Below, one piece after another: positions 59,501 to 64,000 of a stretch of DNA of 64,000 nucleotides (positions are counted from its first letter, which is position 1; every line of letters begins with the position of its first letter). The notes beneath the pieces were generated by a model. That model saw nothing but the letters and a program-made list of their open reading frames with translations. It was not told the DNA's origin and ran no database searches. The stretch is from assembly GCF_009834535.1 (NCBI RefSeq), contig NC_045697.1, positions 1,490,001-1,554,000 of the forward strand. Reading direction: 5' to 3'. The position numbers were made by a program, and so were the translations under genes. The stretch comes from Camelus ferus. Its lineage: Eukaryota.

Positions 59501-62408
59501 TCGTCGCGGCTGAGCATGCCCGACTGCCCCAACTGCAGCTACAGGAGGAGGTGAGCCTGGGTGTGTGCGCAGCGGGCCTGCAGGGCCTTCCTGGCCAGCG
59601 GAGGCCCGGCGCGGACCCTCCCTGTTGGCTGTCTCGGTAACTGTCCTCAATTCCTGATCAGGTGTGCTTGTGATGACTGCAGCCTGTCACACATCCTCAC
59701 TTGTGGCATCGTGGATCCCCCCGTCCCTGGCGACATCCACATTCACCAGCTGCCACTCCAGGTGGACTCTGCCCCCGACCGTCTCTCTGAGATGCGCCCA
59801 CCGAGCGCGTCGTCGGCAAGCTCAGGGTCAGGCTCCAGCTCTCCCCTTGCAGCCCAGCAGCACCCCAGACTCATCCTCACAGACAACGGCTCGGCACCGA
59901 CTTTGTAAGTCCCGACTTTGTGCCCAGGTTTCAGAAATTCACGGAACCCACTGATGAGACACCTCGACGGGGGTGTCTGTGGACATGCGTGTACCACTGT
60001 AGTGCTTCTCAAGAGAAAGGACCCTTGTTTTTTTAAGCAACTTTTAAAACATGAAGTCAGTAAACCCAAACTTGATGCTGTTTCATTACCTGCCAAAAAG
60101 AAGGTGAATTAACAAATGCCAGCCAGGAAAGTGGTGTTCAGAGCAGTGTCTCCTCGTCCCGTCTCCCTCGTCCTCGTAGCTGCAGGCGGTCAGCCCGAGC
60201 TCATCCCACTTCATCGTCCCTCCCACATCCACACCCGTTCCGCGTCTTGCTAAGCCCTCAGGTGGTCACTGTAGCAAGCGATGGACAGGTCCTGTTTTCC
60301 ACGTCCTGCATCCCCAGCAGGACACCGTGTGTGCGAGGTGGCCATGCAGCTGCCACACGTTCATGCTGTGTGGCATGTCCGTGTCTTTGTGACCCTGTGG
60401 TTTGTTGAGGGTCTCAGCCCTGCCTTCTGGGTGGCCGCACGCCGAGGAATGTCTTGTGTAGGGAAACCTGGGTTTTCAGCCTGCACGTCGTAGGGCCCTG
60501 TGGATGCGACTGGCCCACCTGCTGTTCCCCGACCTTGGGCTGCTCCACGGTTCTCAGGTGCCGGCCGCTTCCATCCGTTTTGCGTGGTAACTCTGACGCT
60601 TTCCTTTCGAGTCTTTCAGTTCTCAGTGTCGATTTGGTCTCACACTCAGAGTAGTTCCAGGGGTTAGTCTGACCCCACAGCTCTTTGCATTGAGCTCAGA
60701 CTGCTCTCAGGGCTCTCTGGAGCCTGTGCAGGGGTGTTGAGAGCTTCACAGCTGCCACTAGTGCTTTTCACAGGAGTGTATTAACACTGAGCAGATGTAG
60801 TCAAATGGAAGCTTACGCTGGGCCTTGGCACCTCGCGGTCTGTGTTTTCTGAGTATGAACTGCCGTGACCTGAGGACCTCCCGGGCGGCCTCTGGTCTGC
60901 GTTCTCTCTTTCTCGGTGCCGACTTGGTTAAGTAGAGTTAGGCAGTCGTGGGCGCTGGGCCGTGGATCTTGTGGGCTCTGGGATGTTGAGGCCTGCCTTC
61001 ACATCAAGCACGTGGCCTAGTTACATCCTTCCTGCACCTCGGTTTCCTCCTCTGAATCATGGTGATGGTGACACCCCAGGAGGCCCAAGCAGCCCTGGCC
61101 TGGCGAGCGCCCTCCTGCTTCCTACATGCTTCGTAGCATGTAGACTTGTTTTCCTAGAAACGGAGAAGACACCTGAGTTTGGAGATTCGGGACACTCTTC
61201 CGTAAAGCCAAAAGAGCTCCAAATCTTAAGATTCTCCTTCTAGGGGGCCATTATTTGTCAAGGCTCCAGGCAGACTTGGAGGCATGTTTATGCAGAGCGT
61301 GGGGCGTCCGTTTGTGCTTTGAACTGTGTGCACTAAGCCAGGAATCTGTGCCAGCTCTTCCCATGTGCCAGAAATCCATACATTGTACGTGGCTTCCTTG
61401 GGCCATGGCAGGGCAGTCTTTCTACTTTCCGTTGGTGTGTAGTTCCATTTGCCCACCACTTACATGCTTTGCTAAAATTGGTGCCTGGTTAAGGTCATGA
61501 CCGACTTTTGAGCTTTTAGTGTTTTGTCACCTAAGTGCCTTTAGTGCTTTGTTCAGCTGGCTGTGGCTGAAATTGTGGTAGCTACCAAAACGCTGAAGAC
61601 CTAAGGTTGTTCTCCATACCCCTTCCATTTTAATCAAAGATTGTGTCTTTTTAGAAATGGCAGAGAGAACAGCTGTACATCAAGCACTTCAAGTTGAATG
61701 GAAGTGTAATATCAATTAATCTGATTAAATTTTGTCATTTCCTTAATATTTCTACTTTTGGAGTTTCTTTTTCCATTCTTCCAAACAGCACAAGTGGTGA
61801 TCTTGCGGGCATTTTTCACTCGTGTTCAGGTTATAAGAGGTGTTAAGACCGTGAGTGCTTCTCTGTGTAATTCTCCTTTGAGAGCAGCGTCAGCTGAGGG
61901 AGTTCACTAGCTGTCCCCACGGGTGAGCGGCCTCACAGGGACTGTCTCTGCTGTCTCAGTTGTAGTGACGATGAAGATGTCGCCCCGTTGTCCGCTAAGT
62001 TTGCTGACATCTATCCGTTGAGTAACTATGACGACACGGAGGTGGTGGCCAGCATGAATGGAATCCACAGCGAATTGAACGGTGGCGGGGAAAACCTGGC
62101 GCTGAAAGAGGAGGTACGGGCGTGGCCTCTTCACAGTGGCGATAGTGGCATAAAATGGTGGTCCGGGGTTTCAGTTTTCTGTATCCTTCTGCTCTGAAAA
62201 GTGTGAATGACAAAGGGTGTCTTTAAAGTCCCCTCAGGTAAGCAGTACCAGCAGTAGCTCTTCAGAAGCTGACGATGAAGAGGCGGCCGGCGAGAGCAGT
62301 GGGGAGCCGCCAGGAGCCCCGAAGGAGGACACGGCCCCAGGAAACGGGAACCCCGGGAAAGAGGAAAGTAAAGTGGACAGTCCACCCCCATCTTACCCCG
62401 CCCAGCAG
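20296..62408 (+). CDS. FAM193A: FAM193A, partial spliced CDS (11 internal exons A-K, 1848 nt, 616 codons; open at both ends)
   Basis: Exons join in frame with no stop and all introns are GT-AG. The translation contains [12 protein letters not shown]...[67 protein letters not shown] and [25 protein letters not shown], which I recognise as FAM193A. Confidence 0.96.
21300..21625 (+). mobile_element. L2 3' end with (GAAT)n tail
   Basis: ctccaggagggcagccatttttgtgtttt...taggtactccaaatatgtgaacgaatgaatgaatgaatgaatgag. Confidence 0.75.
21790..22360 (-). mobile_element. Younger L1 3' end with an internal (TG)n(TCTG)n microsatellite at about 22118-22146
   Basis: The minus frames give [15 protein letters not shown]...PAIPLLGIY and [28 protein letters not shown]. 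Confidence 0.9.
22708..22830 (+). mobile_element. tRNA-Ala-derived SINE (vic-1-like)
   Basis: ggggaatagcacagtagaagagtgtgtacttagcatccatgtggccctgggttcaatccccggtacctccattaaataaataaacctaattacctcccc plus an A-rich tail; short agtgatg duplication. Confidence 0.9.
23004..23166 (+). mobile_element. tRNA-Ala-derived SINE (vic-1-like) inserted in an old L1 3' end (about 22950-23570)
   Basis: ggggagggcacagctcagcggttgagtgtgtacgtagcatgcgcgggg...; 11-bp TSD aagtctatgta at 22993-23003 and 23167-23177. Confidence 0.9.
24881..24915. promoter_or_regulatory. Alternating purine-pyrimidine tract with two CACGTG E-boxes and an NRF1-consensus site (putative)
   Basis: gcacacgcacgtgcacacacacgtgcgcacgcgca. The motifs are directly visible; function is not shown. 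Confidence 0.35.
26370..31700 (-). mobile_element. Old antisense L1 (ORF2 region) with nested L1MC 3'UTR (29340-29860) and other inserts
   Basis: The minus frames give [13 protein letters not shown]...[22 protein letters not shown]...KDKPLARL and [17 protein letters not shown]. Confidence 0.85.
34171..34328 (+). CDS. FAM193A: FAM193A exon B (158 nt, phase 0-2): [19 protein letters not shown]...[10 protein letters not shown]
   Basis: Acceptor ttctgtttcctttgaagcag|GGC (NAGNAG, alternative start 34168), donor AG|gtatgg; phase fits A and C. Confidence 0.88.
34846..35013 (+). CDS. FAM193A: FAM193A exon C (168 nt, phase 2-2): [32 protein letters not shown]...GVKELVD
   Basis: Acceptor ccccacag|G, donor AG|gtacac, in frame. 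Confidence 0.93.
36130..36590 (+). mobile_element. L2 relic
   Basis: cactcacactgcattccagccgcactggc...ggggccttggcgtttgtgctctt...ctgtaagcatcgggagggcagagggtctg...gtgtttgctgaatg. Confidence 0.7.
37915..38149 (+). CDS. FAM193A: FAM193A exon D (235 nt, phase 2-0): [31 protein letters not shown]...TFLGTL
   Basis: Acceptor tctctcctgcgcag|G, donor CTG|gtaagt; internal ATG at 37985 (MKVRLL). Confidence 0.96.
40235..41260. mobile_element. hAT-Charlie1-like DNA transposon relic, interrupted by a SINE
   Basis: tttgcaaatctctgtcgtgtccggctcggtagaggacacatggactctcatatctgcttctgca and aggttttccaaagttctcattatcacttgaaagctcagattttatgattggc resemble Charlie1/1a as I recall it. Confidence 0.75.
40676..40814 (-). 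mobile_element. tRNA-Ala-derived SINE (vic-1-like)
   Basis: Long T run, then ggaggcactggggattgaacccaggacctagtacatgctaggcatgtgctctaccactgagctgtgc; degenerate ccaggtg...tctt duplication. Confidence 0.92.
43582..43706 (+). CDS. FAM193A: FAM193A exon E (125 nt, phase 0-2): [41 protein letters not shown]
   Basis: Acceptor tttctttatttaactag|GAA, donor AG|gtactt. Absent from the ORF track; translated by hand. Confidence 0.95.
45840..46125 (-). mobile_element. Two adjacent L1MB-type 3' tails
   Basis: ttttaacagctttattgagagacagctcacatgccgtacaatcac and aagttgtggtaaagtatatataacataaaaattgcc...aagtgtacaaattcaatagcattaa. Confidence 0.75.
48394..48541 (+). CDS. FAM193A: FAM193A exon F (148 nt, phase 2-0): [49 protein letters not shown]
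   Basis: Acceptor ctctctccccag|G, donor CAG|gtgggt. Confidence 0.95.
50135..50240 (+). mobile_element. MIR fragment
   Basis: ctgggctctgcccc...tgtgaacctcagccaagcctttccccctgtcctggaccttagtcc...tatgaaatgacaga. Confidence 0.5.
51005..51205 (-). mobile_element. MIR fragment
   Basis: ctgtgctgagcgct...gctcacagtctctct...gtttacagatgagaagagacactggag...ccaggatttgtacc. Confidence 0.6.
51395..51544 (+). mobile_element. tRNA-Ala-derived SINE (vic-1-like), diverged copy
   Basis: gggtagggtgcgcacttagcaggcacggagtcttgggttcaacccccagtacgtc...taataaaccgaattagcccc plus an A-rich tail. Confidence 0.85.
51755..54030 (+). mobile_element. L1MB-type element: ORF2 reverse transcriptase region to 3' end, with internal deletions, sense to FAM193A
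   Basis: [33 protein letters not shown] motif (tttgcagatgat 52901-52912); [24 protein letters not shown]; tail tattttaccacaacaagaaaataaaa. Confidence 0.92.
54650..56600 (-). mobile_element. Old antisense L1M ORF2 relic
   Basis: ttacttaggatttttatatctgtattc, ggttatcctagtctcatagaatgaattgagaag and similar antisense L1 phrases. Confidence 0.7.
54817..54940 (-). mobile_element. tRNA-Ala-derived SINE (vic-1-like)
   Basis: ggaggcactggggactgaacccaggactgtgtgcaagctaagcatgtgctctaccattgagctataccctcccc; imperfect TSD acagaatgaagtttct (54801-54816) / acagaataaatcttct (54941-54956). Confidence 0.92.
56842..57414 (+). mobile_element. Younger 5'-truncated L1 3' end
   Basis: [50 protein letters not shown] agaatacattt (56831-56841) / agaatgcattt (57415-57425). 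Similar 3'UTR to 13949 and 21790. Confidence 0.92.
58014..58091 (+). CDS. FAM193A: FAM193A exon G (78 nt, phase 0-0): [26 protein letters not shown]
   Basis: Acceptor ccctgttaattag|ATG, donor CAG|gtaagg; translated by hand. Confidence 0.94.
59438..59550 (+). CDS. FAM193A: FAM193A exon H (113 nt, phase 0-2): [37 protein letters not shown]
   Basis: Acceptor tctcctccag|TTA, donor AG|gtgagc. Confidence 0.95.
59662..59904 (+). CDS. FAM193A: FAM193A exon I (243 nt, phase 2-2): [20 protein letters not shown]...[14 protein letters not shown]
   Basis: Acceptor ttcctgatcag|G after a 111-bp intron, donor TT|gtaagt. Confidence 0.95.
61960..62113 (+). CDS. FAM193A: FAM193A exon J (154 nt, phase 2-0): [51 protein letters not shown]
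   Basis: Acceptor ctctgctgtctcag|T, donor GAG|gtacgg. Confidence 0.95.
62229..62408 (+). CDS. FAM193A: FAM193A exon K (180 nt, phase 0-0): [34 protein letters not shown]...[10 protein letters not shown]
   Basis: Weak acceptor gtgtctttaaag|TCC after a 115-bp intron, donor CAG|gtatgg; Ser/acidic low-complexity sequence. Confidence 0.9.
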
Positions 62409-63239
62409 GTATGGTCTTATTTCTTTGAACTCCGTTTTGCCAAGGGTCTCTTTCTCTGTGTCTGGTTTCTCTAAACATGACCATTACTGAACTCAAAATT
62501 ATGTCATTTCAAGTAACTTCTGGAGATGAGGACTGGAGAGGATCAAGGTGCACTTAGGAGCTAAACCAGTGTGACTCGTACCCTCCTGTTAGTCTTGTGT
62601 GTCTTGCTTGAATCTGCAGTCAGCGTTGTCTTGATTTGCCGCACCCCGAGTAGCTCCAGGGATTTAGGTGTTGGGGAGTCTTTGTAGAAGCAAGGGGAGG
62701 GCTTTTAAATAAAATAAAATTGTGGAGTGTTAAAGCTTCAGAAAACATTGGTGTTGTAAGGGAGCTTTTTTCCTGGTAGAGATTTGTTTTTCTGTTAACC
62801 AGAGGTGAGGGTACCTTACCAGACTATTATTTTTTCTTAGAGACTCAGTTTTATAACAGATGCTCAAGCAGTTTTCAAATGAAAGGAAACACAAAGGAAG
62901 GTCACGGCCATTTGCAGCACTTTACTAGGCAGTGAAGTCTCCAGTCGAGGGTGCTGGAAGGTGCTCCATTGAGAGGTCTGGCTCCACCTCCTTCCTCGTC
63001 TCCCGGCCCAGCACCTTCCCACCCCAGTCCCAGTGGAGACCCAAACTGGCCTTAGTGATGCACTGTGTGTCCTTCCGGTGTTTGTGCAAATGCCAGCATC
63101 CCTCCGCTTCCTTCTGAAGAGGCCTGCACCGGAGCACAGCCCGCTCTGCCCCTCACCCGGCGGCGCCTCCCGGCCGGCTGCCTGCAAGGCGCTTCTTCAC
63201 GCCCCTCTGCTGGCCTCCCCGTGCTCTGTCTGTGGACGG

Positions 63240-64000
63240 ACATTGTTCCATTTCGTTTTTCTCTCTAGTCCACCTGCTTCCCTTTGTTTTCCCACCGTAA
63301 ACGCTCCAGTGAGTAGCTGTGTACATCTGACATTTTCTACACGGGCAGTTCCACCCCTAGGATTGGTCACAGCAGTGGCTTTACTGGGCTAGCGCGTGGT
63401 GGCCTCCCCCACCCCCTGGAAGAGAGTGACACCGTAGTTCTGAACTCTTGCCTGTCTGGCAGGTAAAAAACGATAACCCTGTGGGCTTTCAGGTTGCATT
63501 TTTCTGGGCAGAGCTGAGCGTTCTGTCGTCTGTTGGAGGGCTCCTTGCGATCGTTTCCTTTTCTGCCTTGTGCTGGAGTCATGAGAGTTCTGTATGTGCT
63601 GGCACAAGCCCTGTATCAACTGTGTGATCTGCGAGTACTTTCTCTTGGTCTTGTGGCATGTCTGTTCTTTTTTTATGGTACTTGAAAAGCAGCAGTTCTT
63701 AGCTTTGATGCACTCCAGTTTGTCAGTTTTTTCTTTTATGGATCATGCTTTTGATGTCATACCCAAGAAATTTTTGCTTAATGCAGAACTGTTTTCTTCT
63801 AGAAGAGACATCATTTTAGCTTTTACTTAGGTCTGTGATTCGTTTGAGCTGGTTTTGCTTATGATCTGAGCTTAGGGTCCAAATTCATCTCTTTGCATGT
63901 TTGGATATCCAGTTGTCCCAATACCATTTGTTGAAAAGACCATCCTTTCCCCTGTTGAACTGCATTGGTCATTGGTTGAAAAGTAATTGACTATAAATGG
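63240..64000 (-). mobile_element. Old antisense L1 relic running off the right edge
   Basis: ggatatccagttgtcccaataccatttgttgaaaagaccatcctttcccc and gatcatgcttttgatgtcatacccaagaa. Confidence 0.85.

Noticed and set aside
34328..59662. Four introns split an Arg codon as AG|G
   Set aside because: Expected from the AG|G exonic splice consensus; not unusual.
59551..62228. Short introns (111 and 115 bp) as coding retained introns or U12 introns
   Set aside because: Retention meets a stop in both (TGA straight after the exon H donor; CTC TGA in the J-K intron). Donors are U2-type, with no RTATCCTT.

Overview
Mammalian genomic DNA, most likely camelid (alpaca/llama/camel): it carries seven copies of a short tRNA-Ala-derived SINE resembling camelid vic-1. 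The whole window lies inside one + strand gene, FAM193A. Eleven consecutive internal coding exons (labelled A-K, 20296-62408) have GT-AG boundaries and compatible phases, and join into an uninterrupted 1848-nt (616-codon) frame. The first exon and the 3' exons are outside the window. The introns contain L1 elements of several ages (one keeps its 5' end, several are nested with target-site duplications), L2, MIR and hAT-Charlie DNA transposon relics. Most entries in the six-frame ORF track are chance ORFs in GC-rich intron or L1 remnants. I see no convincing new multi-gene system. The best leads are: a dual acceptor/donor (CAG|GTAAGC) site 9 nt into exon K; an apparent AT-to-GC substitution bias in both the protein and old repeats; a 35-bp purine-pyrimidine tract with two E-boxes and an NRF1 consensus in the A-B intron; repeated Cys motifs in the poorly characterised N-terminus; and a few unexplained inserts. 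Repeat subfamily names and comparisons with human FAM193A come from memory and need alignment. Repeat boundaries are approximate unless a TSD is given.
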